From a virus, in IMG/VR virus record IMGVR_UViG_3300045988_175328, positions 160,001-224,000 of that record: a DNA stretch of 64,000 bases, one strand, 5' to 3'. The notes beneath the pieces are model-generated. The model did no database searches, was not told where the DNA came from, and was given only the letters and a program-made list of their open reading frames with translations. A program made the position numbers and the translations under genes. Below, in pieces: positions 37,057 through 46,834 of this stretch (the first letter of the stretch is position 1; each line of letters starts with the position of its first letter).

Positions 37057-37665
37057 ATGATATTTAATGGAACTGAATATGAAGGAGAAGCTAAGATTAG
37101 GATATCCGATGATCATTATCTTTTAGTTCGAGAAGAAGATGGTCTATATGATGTCTCATCTACTTCTGAAAATAACAGAATAATTGCAGATAAAACATAT
37201 AATCTTGGTCTGATTGAAGAAGACGAAGTACTTGAATTAATATGGACATTGCGGCAAGAAAAGATCCGTAGTGATATTTGTCTCAAAGAAAGATTTAAAA
37301 TATATTCTAAATGGTTCCCTGGCTTTGAAATGTATAAAGAAGATTATATTTACGAAGGATATTATACATGGATGAAATTAATTAGTGGCCCCGAAGGATT
37401 AAATATTGTTATTAATATGTGCGGCAAAACTGGCAGCTTAATATATGAACGTAAAGAAGATAGTTTCTTTCAAGTTAGTCTATGTTGTCATAATGACAAA
37501 ATGAAAGAACCTATTTATAAATTATTTAATATCGATAATAATAAAAAAAATAGTATTGGTGGCAATAATTTTTATGAAACCTATGGCATTTATTCTTGTA
37601 ATTATGTCAATTACTATATAGTTCTAGAAATAATAAAAGTAATAAAGAGGTTATATGATATTTAA
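37057..37665 (+). CDS. PYYvVLEiI family protein, long form
   Basis: YSKWFPGFEMYKEDYIYEGYYTW...VNYYIVLEIIKVIKRL; N-terminal domain similar to 34509 and 37655. Confidence 0.6.
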   Translation: MIFNGTEYEGEAKIRISDDHYLLVREEDGLYDVSSTSENNRIIADKTYNLGLIEEDEVLELIWTLRQEKIRSDICLKERFKIYSKWFPGFEMYKEDYIYEGYYTWMKLISGPEGLNIVINMCGKTGSLIYERKEDSFFQVSLCCHNDKMKEPIYKLFNIDNNKKNSIGGNNFYETYGIYSCNYVNYYIVLEIIKVIKRLYDI

Positions 37666-38173
37666 CGGAGTTTTATATAAAAGAAATAAAATTAAAAAAA
37701 GAATATCTGATGACAAATATCTTTCGATTCAAGAAAAAGACGGTCTATATGATGTAACTTGTATTTCTGATACAGGAAATGTATTTGTAAATAGATCCAA
37801 ATACTTTAATTTATTGGAAGAAGATGAAATGCTCGATTTATTATGGGACTTGCGGATTGAAGAAGCTCGTAACAGTATTCGCATTAAAAAAAGATTTAAA
37901 ATATACTCTAAATGGTTTTCTGGTTTTAAGTTAGATGTTGATGACTATATATATGAAGGTTTCTATATGTGGCAAAAAACTATTGGAGATTATTCTATTC
38001 TTATTAATACTTTAAGAGATACTAGTAGTATTATGTATGAAGATAAAGAGATTAGTTTCTTTGATGTTGATATACATTATTGTAGTAAAGATAATAGTAT
38101 TTCTTATTATTATAGAGGTGTTAATTATTATATAGTAAGAGAAATAATAAGAGAAATAAAAAAGTTTTCTTAA
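37655..38173 (+). CDS. PYYvVLEiI family protein, long form
   Basis: YSKWFSGFKLDVDDYIYEGFYMWQK...VNYYIVREIIREIKKFS; stop in dispersed repeat. Confidence 0.6.
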   Translation: MIFNGVLYKRNKIKKRISDDKYLSIQEKDGLYDVTCISDTGNVFVNRSKYFNLLEEDEMLDLLWDLRIEEARNSIRIKKRFKIYSKWFSGFKLDVDDYIYEGFYMWQKTIGDYSILINTLRDTSSIMYEDKEISFFDVDIHYCSKDNSISYYYRGVNYYIVREIIREIKKFS

Positions 38174-38214
38174 GGGGCAAGCCCCTTAACAACCCCTTGG
38201 AGAGGAATGATTGA

Positions 38215-38526
38215 ATGGACGTGCTAGGCGTGTTCAAAGAATATGCAGAATGGTTTGGAGGCGATTTTACTTATAACACTAACAGTATGAAAGGAGACAG
38301 GTATATATGGCGGATTAGAGTTCGTATGAGTACTTTCGTCGAAGTCATAACATATGGCAATCGATTTAAAGACAGGTATCCTGAGAAAAAAACTTGTACC
38401 TTTGAAATAAAAGTTATTAATATTATGAAAGATGGCGAACGTACTGGTAAAATAATTGAAAAAGAATATACTGGTGTCCCTTATTATTTAGTGCTTGAAC
38501 TTATTCGTGCTTATCATAATAGTTAG
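38215..38526 (+). CDS. PYYvVLEiI family protein
   Basis: YAEWFGGDFTY...GVPYYLVLELIRAYHNS, close to 35670-36005. Confidence 0.6.
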   Translation: MDVLGVFKEYAEWFGGDFTYNTNSMKGDRYIWRIRVRMSTFVEVITYGNRFKDRYPEKKTCTFEIKVINIMKDGERTGKIIEKEYTGVPYYLVLELIRAYHNS

Positions 38527-38579
38527 TTTTTAAGTGCAGCCGGTATAGAAATATTTGCCGGCTATAAAGAGGTGAAGGT

Positions 38580-39152
38580 GTGATTAGTAGTATAACCGCC
38601 ACTAGACTCGTTAGTATGATGAGTCGTGGTGACGTTTTTTATTTTGTCAGATACATGAATGGCGAATATGAGATTATAGCTCAAATTGTTAAAGGTGTCG
38701 CTAACTCTTTATATACACGCACTGAACATTTTTATTTTAAAGGCGCCAAAATATATTATTGGGAGTTTATGTCTTGGACAAAAGAAAATAAAAGAAGAGT
38801 CGGCAATTTGTATGAGATAAACATAGATGATGATATTATTACAGATATATTTTATCAAATGCACGATGAATTAAAGGACAAAGTTGGCGCCAAATATTCT
38901 AATGCATTTATGACAAGAGCTGATACTTTACTTGGTAAATTTATTAATCAGGATGATGATTATGATTACTCTTATAATAAAAAAGATTTTTATGGTTTAG
39001 AATATATTGATGAAGTAAAATCAGATACTATACCTAATAGTATTAAAAGAACTAAAATTAAAACTATTAGTAGTATGTTCTTAGATGTTTTATGCGGCGA
39101 ATGGTACTATAATATAGATCCTAAATTAATAGATATTAAGAAAGTAAAGTAA
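38580..39152 (+). CDS. 'RLVSMMS' family protein
   Basis: TRLVSMMSRGDVFYFVRYMNGEYEIIA...HFYFK...IYYWE...PNSIKRTKIKTISS. Confidence 0.6.
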   Translation: MISSITATRLVSMMSRGDVFYFVRYMNGEYEIIAQIVKGVANSLYTRTEHFYFKGAKIYYWEFMSWTKENKRRVGNLYEINIDDDIITDIFYQMHDELKDKVGAKYSNAFMTRADTLLGKFINQDDDYDYSYNKKDFYGLEYIDEVKSDTIPNSIKRTKIKTISSMFLDVLCGEWYYNIDPKLIDIKKVK

Positions 39153-39166
39153 GAAAGGAGTAATCG

Positions 39167-39766
39167 ATGGAAGATATTAATAGATTCTATAAACATTTTG
39201 ACGGCACTTTAAAGAACGGCCTTAAATTTGTCGATCTTGCTTTATTCGTATCTTTAATTAACAATAAAGATTATACTACAATATATTTCTATGAGAATAG
39301 CGATATTGAAATTAAAACTTTTAGATACGTTGTTTCAGGAGAGCGGTTATATTCTTATGAAGACATGTATATTGTTAAAGATAACTTATATTGTATAGAA
39401 AGAGTAAGAAGCAGCAATCATTCTAATGATGATACTGTTCTTATTTCGAAACGTGTGTTTAAATATAATATATCTAATAATGATATTATTAGCGCCTATT
39501 TAGAATATAGTAGAGAATATGACCCTAAATTAATTAAAGAATCGGCTCGAAATATAGCAAGAGCTCTTAGCTTAAAAGGAAGTATCTTTGCTTTTGAAGA
39601 AGACACATTGTCTATTGAAATATGTCCTGGAATTGAAAGATGCAAGAAAATTGTACGAAGTACTCCATCTATTATTTCAGATATTCCGGATGTATTAATA
39701 AATAAAGAATACTTTAAGCCTGAACTTATATGGAGCGACGAAAGAGCATCAACGTTTGGCAAATAA
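39167..39766 (+). CDS. 'RLVSMMS'-like family protein
   Basis: DLALFVSLINNKDYTTIYFYENSDIEIKT... Confidence 0.5.
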   Translation: MEDINRFYKHFDGTLKNGLKFVDLALFVSLINNKDYTTIYFYENSDIEIKTFRYVVSGERLYSYEDMYIVKDNLYCIERVRSSNHSNDDTVLISKRVFKYNISNNDIISAYLEYSREYDPKLIKESARNIARALSLKGSIFAFEEDTLSIEICPGIERCKKIVRSTPSIISDIPDVLINKEYFKPELIWSDERASTFGK

Positions 39767-39832
39767 AAATCCTCATTTGTGAGGCGTATTTAAAGAGCAT
39801 ATATTTGTATTAATTCATAAGGAGAAATAATT

Positions 39833-40417
39833 ATGAGAACAGAAGAAGCGTTAGCTATGTTAATTGCTATGGTTAGTCATATGTATAGTGCTAAACGTTA
39901 TGATTATGAATTTAGCAAAGAAATTGTATTAAATAAAAGAGTCGGCGATACTATTATTGAAGATCACTTTTTAATTGAAGGCGAAAGTGATGTATATTAT
40001 TGGCGCGAAAGTAAAGATATTGTTGACGTAGAGAACGGCTTCTTTATTTATGGAAATATTGAATATAGTAAGATCACTTCCTTTGGAAAAGATATTAATG
40101 TATTTATTTCTGAATTTAATGAATTATGCTTAGGTGGCGATAAAGAATTATTAATGGTGCGTTACAATGCAATTAAAGAATTATTATCTGAACGCCGCAG
40201 CTCTAGAATTTATTATTTATCTGGCGATCCGTTCGAAGATTTAGGCGGACGCAATCTCCCAAATGGTATTTCTAGATATGGATGCCGATATGGTGTTTTA
40301 GAGAAATATGCATATTTCGAAACTAAAGGCAATTCTATCGATAAAGTATATGATTTTAAATATATTGTACCTAAAGTTGTCAATAAAAATACTAATTATG
40401 TATTTATTCTTAAGTAA
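39833..40417 (+). CDS. 'RLVSMMS'-like family protein
   Basis: EALAMLIAMVSHMYSAKRYDYEF...VYYWRE. Confidence 0.5.
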   Translation: MRTEEALAMLIAMVSHMYSAKRYDYEFSKEIVLNKRVGDTIIEDHFLIEGESDVYYWRESKDIVDVENGFFIYGNIEYSKITSFGKDINVFISEFNELCLGGDKELLMVRYNAIKELLSERRSSRIYYLSGDPFEDLGGRNLPNGISRYGCRYGVLEKYAYFETKGNSIDKVYDFKYIVPKVVNKNTNYVFILK

Positions 40418-40431
40418 AAAGAAGGTTTTAT

Positions 40432-40734
40432 ATGATCAGCAAAGCTTGGCAGAAATATATATATTGGTTTGATGGTCGATTTTATGTATTAGAAGACCCT
40501 ATTCGTGGAAATAAAGGATTCTGGGAAATTGAAATCGATGAAGATACTTTTGTAAATATATTAACTGATGGATATAGATGTCAAAAATTATATTCCAAAA
40601 AAGAACATAATTATTTTGAAGTTAGCGTCTCTTATGAAACAGAAGATAGCGATAATTTTGTAACTCATACCTTATTATATGTTCCTTACTACGTAGTTTT
40701 AGAGATAATAGAAGGATTGAAGGAATCATTATGA
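40432..40734 (+). CDS. PYYvVLEiI family protein
   Basis: YIYWFDGRFYVLEDPIRGNKGFWEIEIDEDTFVNILTDG...VPYYVVLEIIEGL. Confidence 0.6.
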   Translation: MISKAWQKYIYWFDGRFYVLEDPIRGNKGFWEIEIDEDTFVNILTDGYRCQKLYSKKEHNYFEVSVSYETEDSDNFVTHTLLYVPYYVVLEIIEGLKESL

Positions 40735-41291
40735 TTAATATAATGCCCGCAATGAATCTTGTTAGTATGATGACAGATGCTGAATATTATATTTTAGTTA
40801 AATATATGAATAGTGATTTTGAAATCATATCTGGAATAAATAAATATATATCTGATTCAATGTATGGTTATGATAAACATTTTTACTTTAAAGATAATAC
40901 TATATACTATTGGGAAACTAATATTTTTACATCTAAAGCAAAAACCAATATAAATGTCAGTGATTTATATGAAATAGATATCGATGAAAAACAAATTAAT
41001 AAATTGTTTAAAAATATGTATCATGAATTATCAGATAAATTAGGCTCTAAATATTCAGATGCTTTTGTTGAAAGAAGAAATAGATTGTATAATAAATTTA
41101 CTTCTAAGGAATCAGTTCCTATTTCTTGTCCAGAAAATAGATTAGAAATTCTTGAGATTGGAGAGAGAACTATTCCTAATAAAATAAAAAGAACTGAAAT
41201 AGAAACTGTTTATAGTATTGTCTTAGAAATATTAGATACTAGATGGAATTATACTATTGATTATAATTTAATAGATATGATTAAAGCCTAA
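40731..41291 (+). CDS. 'RLVSMMS' family protein
   Basis: MNLVSMMTDAEYYILVKYMNSDFEIISG...HFYFK...IYYWET...PNKIKRTEIETVYS. Confidence 0.6.
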   Translation: MINIMPAMNLVSMMTDAEYYILVKYMNSDFEIISGINKYISDSMYGYDKHFYFKDNTIYYWETNIFTSKAKTNINVSDLYEIDIDEKQINKLFKNMYHELSDKLGSKYSDAFVERRNRLYNKFTSKESVPISCPENRLEILEIGERTIPNKIKRTEIETVYSIVLEILDTRWNYTIDYNLIDMIKA

Positions 41292-41320
41292 TAATTATTT
41301 CGTATAAAAGGAGGTTTTTT

Positions 41321-41902
41321 ATGCTAAGAGAAATGGAACTTATTAGACTTGTAAGTCTTATGAGTAATGCTAATTTTTATATCTTTATTAAATATATGAA
41401 TGGCAATTATGAGATTGTGGCAGAAACTTCTATTACTATGTCTGCTCATATTTATTTACATAATAAACATTTTTATTTAAAAAATGGGCAATTATATTAT
41501 TGGGAAACTAAAATTAATTCAAATACTGAAACAGGAGTAGAATATAAAGAGGTTTACAATCTATATGAAATAAATATAAATAAAGATCGAATTAATCAAT
41601 TATATGAGATGATGCATAACAATTTATTAGAAAAACTTGGTTCTGATTATTCACATCAATTTGTTAAAAGAACTGATCGTTTATTCGACAGATTTACTTC
41701 TAATGAATTATATGGTCTTTATATTTATAATCATAAAAATGGAGACATGGGAAAAATGCCTTTAGAAATTAGTAATGGAACTATTCCCAGTAAACTAAAA
41801 AGAACTAAGATTAAAATTATTAACAGTATATTATTATCTTATTCTAGTAACATATGGAAGTATTGTATAGATTACAAGTTAATTAATATGAATAAAATAT
41901 AA
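41321..41902 (+). CDS. 'RLVSMMS' family protein
   Basis: IRLVSLMSNANFYIFIKYMNGNYEIVAE...HFYLK...LYYWET...PSKLKRTKIKIINS. Confidence 0.6.
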   Translation: MLREMELIRLVSLMSNANFYIFIKYMNGNYEIVAETSITMSAHIYLHNKHFYLKNGQLYYWETKINSNTETGVEYKEVYNLYEININKDRINQLYEMMHNNLLEKLGSDYSHQFVKRTDRLFDRFTSNELYGLYIYNHKNGDMGKMPLEISNGTIPSKLKRTKIKIINSILLSYSSNIWKYCIDYKLINMNKI

Positions 41903-41967
41903 GTTTTTTTAAGGGGCTCCGCCCCTTAACAACTTCGATATTTGTATTTGATATAAGGAGAAATATT

Positions 41968-42381
41968 ATGGACATCAAACAAATCTCACGATTAATTTGT
42001 ATGACAAGTCAAGGAAATAGTGTTAAAACATCTTTTTTTGAAAATGCTATTTTCATGACAGTAGTTAAAAATAAAATTCTTTGTGGCACTGAATGTATTC
42101 ATCAATATCATTATAAAATTAAAGATAATGAACTTGAGTTTTTTGAAAATTTTATAGGGCCAAATGAATTTGAATTAAAATCTCCATCTTTAAAACTAAA
42201 ATATAGTTTAAACGATTGGATGGAATACTCTGAAATTATTGGTGAAGGATATGCTGAATATCGATCTGAAGAGATTGAATCAATTCTTCTAGAATATAAG
42301 AATGATCAAGAGATATTTAATCGATCTGATTCTATTGCAGATACTGATTTCTCAATGAACATTCCTTACCATAAAAAGTAA
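41968..42381 (+). CDS. Diverged 'RLVSMMS'-like protein
   Basis: QISRLICMTSQGNSVKTSFFENAIFMTVVK. Confidence 0.5.
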   Translation: MDIKQISRLICMTSQGNSVKTSFFENAIFMTVVKNKILCGTECIHQYHYKIKDNELEFFENFIGPNEFELKSPSLKLKYSLNDWMEYSEIIGEGYAEYRSEEIESILLEYKNDQEIFNRSDSIADTDFSMNIPYHKK

Positions 42382-42382
42382 C

Positions 42383-42411
42383 TTGACAGAGAATATAGTA
42401 TTTGTTACAAT
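42383..42411 (+). promoter_or_regulatory. Sigma-A-type promoter
   Basis: TTGACA-N17-TACAAT. Confidence 0.8.
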
Positions 42412-42457
42412 TTAATTGTCCAATACAATAACACATTGTTTTTCTCCTGTAATTTTG

Positions 42458-42486
42458 CGTAAGCTGGCTTTATGCCAGCTTTTATG
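42458..42486 (+). terminator. Leader hairpin/terminator between promoter and ORF
   Basis: AAGCTGGC-TTTAT-GCCAGCTT-TTATGTTTT. Confidence 0.55.
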
Positions 42487-42502
42487 TTTTAGAAGGTGAG
42501 TT

Positions 42503-43006
42503 ATGTTACATGAACATTGGAAGCGATTGCAAGAACCTGTTGATGAGTTAATGCAAGAAGAATTATTGAAACACATAAAAGAATATTGTAAAGAAAATAA
42601 ATCTTTAGAAGCTCAATGTTTAAATGACATACTTAATAATACTTCTAAAGAAAATATATTAGATTATTATACTTCTTTTGCTGGAGAAGACTTTAAAGAA
42701 ACGAATTTAATATTTAAATCAGTTAATGGCGCGATAGCTGCTATGATTCGATATAAAATAACTAATAACACACTAGTAACAGTTGGTATTATTGTTGCTG
42801 ATAAATATAATAATAGTTCTTTCATTTATAATCTAATTAAATCTTTAAATATTCTTTTAATTAATAGATATAAATTAGATTTTACTTATGTTTTAAAAAT
42901 AATCAAACAAGATCTTATCAAAGAATTTGAAAATATCAAAGATTTTAGAAATGCGTCGATTAATAAAAAAGAATTTGCTTTGTTTTTATGTTATCTTGAC
43001 ATGTAA
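42503..43006 (+). CDS. Hypothetical protein
   Basis: ORF with SD gaaggtga. Confidence 0.55.
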   Translation: MLHEHWKRLQEPVDELMQEELLKHIKEYCKENKSLEAQCLNDILNNTSKENILDYYTSFAGEDFKETNLIFKSVNGAIAAMIRYKITNNTLVTVGIIVADKYNNSSFIYNLIKSLNILLINRYKLDFTYVLKIIKQDLIKEFENIKDFRNASINKKEFALFLCYLDM

Positions 43007-43024
43007 AATATTATATGTTATTAT
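42996..43024 (+). promoter_or_regulatory. Sigma-A-type promoter
   Basis: TTGACA-N17-TATTAT. Confidence 0.75.
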
Positions 43025-43057
43025 AATAGTGTAAGCACGCAACACTCTATTCAAAAG

Positions 43058-43098
43058 AAACAGCCCCATGCAGTATAATTCTGTATGGGGCTGTTTCT
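43058..43098 (+). promoter_or_regulatory. Strong hairpin in leader (attenuator-like)
   Basis: GAAACAGCCCCATgCAG-tataatt-CTGtATGGGGCTGTTTC. Confidence 0.7.
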
Positions 43099-43121
43099 TA
43101 TTTATGAAAGAAGGTGAGATT

Positions 43122-43688
43122 ATGATTGATTTCATGTATATAGCTAAACTTATTAGTATTATGACTTCTAGTGATTTTTATTATGTCATTAAATATGTAA
43201 ATAAAGATTATGAAGTTATATCTCAAACAGGAAATGAAGTAGGAGATTCAGTCTATACATATAATAAACATTTTTATTTTAAAAAGAATAAAATATACTA
43301 TTGGGAATCTAAAATATTTCATTTAAATAAAGCGACAGAAACAAAAATAGAAGTTAATGATTTATATGAGATTAAAAATAATGCTCATGGAATTAATAAA
43401 CGATATGAAATGATGTATGATGATTTATTAGAAGAACTAGGTCCTGAATATTCAGAGCTCTTAGAAAAAAGAACGGATAAATTATTTGAACATCTTGTTT
43501 CTAAAGAGCCTATAGGGCTTTATTGTTATTATATCGAATCTGCTCCTGAAATTGAAAATAATATGATTCCTCCTAAATTAAAAAGAACTAAAATTAAAAC
43601 TATTAATAGTTTGTTCTTAGGATTTTCTGATATTAAATATGATTATTGTATTACTTATGGATTATTAGATATAATTAAAGTTAACTAA
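43122..43688 (+). CDS. 'RLVSMMS' family protein
   Basis: MIDFMYIAKLISIMTSSDFYYVIKYVNKDYEVISQ...HFYFK...IYYWES...PPKLKRTKIKTINS; SD-supported start inside track ORF 43068-43688. Confidence 0.6.
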   Translation: MIDFMYIAKLISIMTSSDFYYVIKYVNKDYEVISQTGNEVGDSVYTYNKHFYFKKNKIYYWESKIFHLNKATETKIEVNDLYEIKNNAHGINKRYEMMYDDLLEELGPEYSELLEKRTDKLFEHLVSKEPIGLYCYYIESAPEIENNMIPPKLKRTKIKTINSLFLGFSDIKYDYCITYGLLDIIKVN

Positions 43689-43714
43689 TAATTATACATT
43701 AAGGGGGTGCGACT

Positions 43715-44179
43715 ATGCTTAGTAATCATTATATTTCAATGCTTGTTGCATTATTATCAATAGGCGATAAAATTAATGTTCAAGAACATGAAGATTGTCT
43801 TCTTGTTTCAGTCGTAAAGACTGAAAAAGTTCAAGATAAAACATGGAAAGACATATATACTTTTGAATTTAGAGACGATATTATTTTTTTAGCAACTCAT
43901 AGTACGTATAATGATAAAGATACGTCTTTAAAAATAACTAAAGATAAAGTAATTCATTCTATTAAAATAGAGCCAAAAGAAATAGAAAACTTATATGATG
44001 AAATGTTCGATAAGTTATTTCATTTTAATAAGAAAGAGGCTCAAAAATTCATGGCGAGACGAATACAAATATGCAATTTCTTGCGACGCAAAGACTATTT
44101 AGATGGGTCTATCCAATTAAAATATCCTGAATTTAATTATGTTATGTTAAGAGAAATGTTTAACATGGAAAGATTATAG
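43715..44179 (+). CDS. Diverged 'RLVSMMS'-like protein
   Basis: YISMLVALLSIGDKINVQEHEDCLLVSVVK. Confidence 0.5.
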   Translation: MLSNHYISMLVALLSIGDKINVQEHEDCLLVSVVKTEKVQDKTWKDIYTFEFRDDIIFLATHSTYNDKDTSLKITKDKVIHSIKIEPKEIENLYDEMFDKLFHFNKKEAQKFMARRIQICNFLRRKDYLDGSIQLKYPEFNYVMLREMFNMERL

Positions 44180-44187
44180 GCAATTAA

Positions 44188-44826
44188 ATGAGCAAAGAAC
44201 CAAAAAAACTAAAAATAAATACAGAGCGCGCTTTTGATAATATGTTTAAAAATAATTTTAATAATACCATGTTAAATAATGGCATGGAATTATCGTATGC
44301 CATGGCTTTGTTTACTATTGTGAATACTACGAATATAATCAATATCTATACTTATAATAACGGAGATATTGAATTAATTGGTGAGAATAAGCATATTTTT
44401 AATTCTAGAACAAGAATATTTAAAATTCATTTATATTTTGGCGATAAAATTTATTACTGGAAGGATTCTAGTTTAAAAGAATCTAAAGATGAAAATACTG
44501 TTCAAAAATATGCCGATGAATACTATGAAATCTGTTTAGATAAAGAAGGAATACTTAAATTATTTAAAGAAGTTCTTAATGAATATAGCAAAGCAGAGCT
44601 CATTGAAGAAAGTATTTCATTCTTGTATCGTTTTCAAGAAGGATTAAATAAAATAACTTATGCTAATAAATATGGCGAAGTCAGAAAACATAATGTCGAT
44701 CCAAATTCCAAGATTAAAATTAGACGAGGTTCCACATATACTTCTGTCCGAGCATTTTTTAATGATCCAAATAGACGAGAAACATCTTCTATTAATGAAT
44801 CGTTTTTAAATCTACGAATTGTTTAA
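44188..44826 (+). CDS. Diverged 'RLVSMMS'-like protein
   Basis: LSYAMALFTIVNTTNIINIYTYNNGDIELIGE...KIYYWKD. Confidence 0.5.
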   Translation: MSKEPKKLKINTERAFDNMFKNNFNNTMLNNGMELSYAMALFTIVNTTNIINIYTYNNGDIELIGENKHIFNSRTRIFKIHLYFGDKIYYWKDSSLKESKDENTVQKYADEYYEICLDKEGILKLFKEVLNEYSKAELIEESISFLYRFQEGLNKITYANKYGEVRKHNVDPNSKIKIRRGSTYTSVRAFFNDPNRRETSSINESFLNLRIV

Positions 44827-44897
44827 TTTTATATTTCCATTAATATCTCATGTAATGATATAATAAAGTGATAAATACTTTTTTAAAGGAGACATAA

Positions 44898-45338
44898 ATG
44901 GAAACATATTATTCTACACGCGATTTTTGTGAAGAAGTATTGCGAAGCTTACCATTAGAAGAATCCACTAAAATTAATTTTGGAAAAGGCAAGGGAAATT
45001 TTGGTGGATTTGAATTTAGAAATAAAGACAATCGAATTGGATATTTAACGATTGAAAATTTAGAAAATCGTACTTATTTCTATTGTCTTTTTTTCTTTAT
45101 GTTTGAAGATCAATATGTGTATAGAAAAATAAAAGTCGATAAAAAGCCAAATGAAATTCTTAAAACTAAAAATCCTCCAATGCATGAAGATCCATTAGAT
45201 AGAATTTTGTATGTAATGGAGAAAACTCTTTTAGATTTTAAAAGAAAGAAAACAATCATGTATACTTTAGAAGAATTAAATGGTTTATTATTCGACGCGA
45301 GTAATTATCCAAATGGGGGGGGATTTTATGAAAATTAA
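44898..45338 (+). CDS. Hypothetical protein
   Basis: ORF with SD aaaggag. Confidence 0.5.
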   Translation: METYYSTRDFCEEVLRSLPLEESTKINFGKGKGNFGGFEFRNKDNRIGYLTIENLENRTYFYCLFFFMFEDQYVYRKIKVDKKPNEILKTKNPPMHEDPLDRILYVMEKTLLDFKRKKTIMYTLEELNGLLFDASNYPNGGGFYEN

Positions 45339-45675
45339 ATACGAAACAATAGATGAGTTAAGTCTATCTTTAAATATATTGCTTAAATATCACTATTTAG
45401 AACCTGATAATATTAATGTTTCTAAAGGAAAAAATAAGTTTAAATTTAATTTTGAAAAAGACAAACTTAGCTTAATGCAACTTGAAATGAAGATTTTAAA
45501 TAAGAAAGCATCAGGCGAATTTTTCTTTCAAGGATGCAAAGGAACTTATTATTTTACTGTGGATCAAGAAATAGATTCATTCTATCCATTCATTGAGTAT
45601 TTTGCTAAATACTATAAATTAAATGGTCATGATAAATTATCTTTAAAATTGGAGCCAGAAAATGCAAGATTTTGA
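45328..45675 (+). CDS. Hypothetical protein
   Basis: MKIKYETIDELSLSL...; SD ggggggg before ATG 45328. Confidence 0.55.
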   Translation: MKIKYETIDELSLSLNILLKYHYLEPDNINVSKGKNKFKFNFEKDKLSLMQLEMKILNKKASGEFFFQGCKGTYYFTVDQEIDSFYPFIEYFAKYYKLNGHDKLSLKLEPENARF

Positions 45676-45976
45676 TTTTTTAGAAATCGATTATGCTGTC
45701 GATGAAGAAGATCCTAGATGGATAAATATTAAAAAATTAAATTTCAATAAGAATTTAAGTTGGCATAAATTTCCTGAAGATTGCCGATACAATAGTTATA
45801 TTCATTTTTATAATAACGAAATAGCTATTGCTATGTACACCGAAGATGACGCTCATACTTGTATGTATATAGAAGAAGGAAAGGACGTTAACATCGTTTT
45901 GTTCGATGAGTTTAAAAAGGTTTTAAATCAACAATCTGAAGAAATAAGAAAGGTGGCATTTAATTCAAATGATTGA
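45662..45976 (+). CDS. Hypothetical protein
   Basis: ORF, overlapping neighbours. Confidence 0.5.
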   Translation: MQDFDFLEIDYAVDEEDPRWINIKKLNFNKNLSWHKFPEDCRYNSYIHFYNNEIAIAMYTEDDAHTCMYIEEGKDVNIVLFDEFKKVLNQQSEEIRKVAFNSND

Positions 45977-46325
45977 CGATGAAATATTCCAAAAGATGCT
46001 TGTTCGATATAGAAATTACACTGACTTAAGTCAAGATTTCATCGAAAAAATTGAAGAATCTAACAAACAAAAAGTAATTGAACTAGAAGTTGTTGGTGTT
46101 CAAGAACCTGGAGTTTTTCATTTACAGTTCTTCGGAGAAAGAAGTAATGTAATTGGCGAAGCCAGTATCGTATATCATCAAGGATTAATTACCGGAATTT
46201 TAGATTTCGGAAGAAAAAACGAAGAAGTGTTTCCTTTCGAAGTATCTAATAAAAGTTTAAAGATTAATAATTTAATCCAAGAATTTGAAAAATACATTCA
46301 AGTTGATTTTATTAATGAAATTTAG
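45969..46325 (+). CDS. Hypothetical protein
   Basis: ORF. Confidence 0.5.
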   Translation: MIDDEIFQKMLVRYRNYTDLSQDFIEKIEESNKQKVIELEVVGVQEPGVFHLQFFGERSNVIGEASIVYHQGLITGILDFGRKNEEVFPFEVSNKSLKINNLIQEFEKYIQVDFINEI

Positions 46326-46355
46326 CAGCCGCCCTTCGGGGCGGCTTATTTTTAT
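46326..46355 (+). terminator. Intrinsic terminator
   Basis: GCCGCCC-TTCG-GGGCGGC-TTATTTTTATTTT. Confidence 0.75.
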
Positions 46356-46387
46356 TTTCAACCGTCTCCAACGGAACAAGATGAATT

Positions 46388-46834
46388 ATGCAGAACGAAA
46401 AAAGAGCGTATCTGATCTTAGAGATGTTCTATCAAACAGGGAATGAAATTGTTTTCAGTGCCTTCAATAGAACCAATCAAGTGTCTTCCAGATATACAAA
46501 TTGCTATTATCGAAATGGTTTTTGTCAAAGACAAATTTTATTTGACGGAGGCAAGGTTTATCGATACGAAGTAGTCGAAGATTTAGATACAAAAATTAAT
46601 CATGTGGCTCATCAATCTTGTATTAGATATAAAGACTATGACCACATTAAACCTATTATGGAAAAAGAATTGATCGCTCGATATGGTATAACTAAATATG
46701 AGCGATATCTTAATTTAATTGACAGAGCCTGCAATGAAACATACGGCTCATTTACAACAGAATTTTATTCCTTTTCAATTCCTCCAATTGGAGAATATGA
46801 CGATACATTAGAAGACATAGAGGTGATATTTTGA
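46388..46834 (+). CDS. Hypothetical protein
   Basis: ORF. Confidence 0.5.
   Translation: MQNEKRAYLILEMFYQTGNEIVFSAFNRTNQVSSRYTNCYYRNGFCQRQILFDGGKVYRYEVVEDLDTKINHVAHQSCIRYKDYDHIKPIMEKELIARYGITKYERYLNLIDRACNETYGSFTTEFYSFSIPPIGEYDDTLEDIEVIF

Noticed and set aside
45301-45330. Poly-G run (aaatggggggggattttatg) as a frameshift/phase-variation site
   Set aside because: It is most simply an unusually G-rich SD for the 45328 gene at the end of the previous ORF; a homopolymer length error is possible but cannot be judged here.
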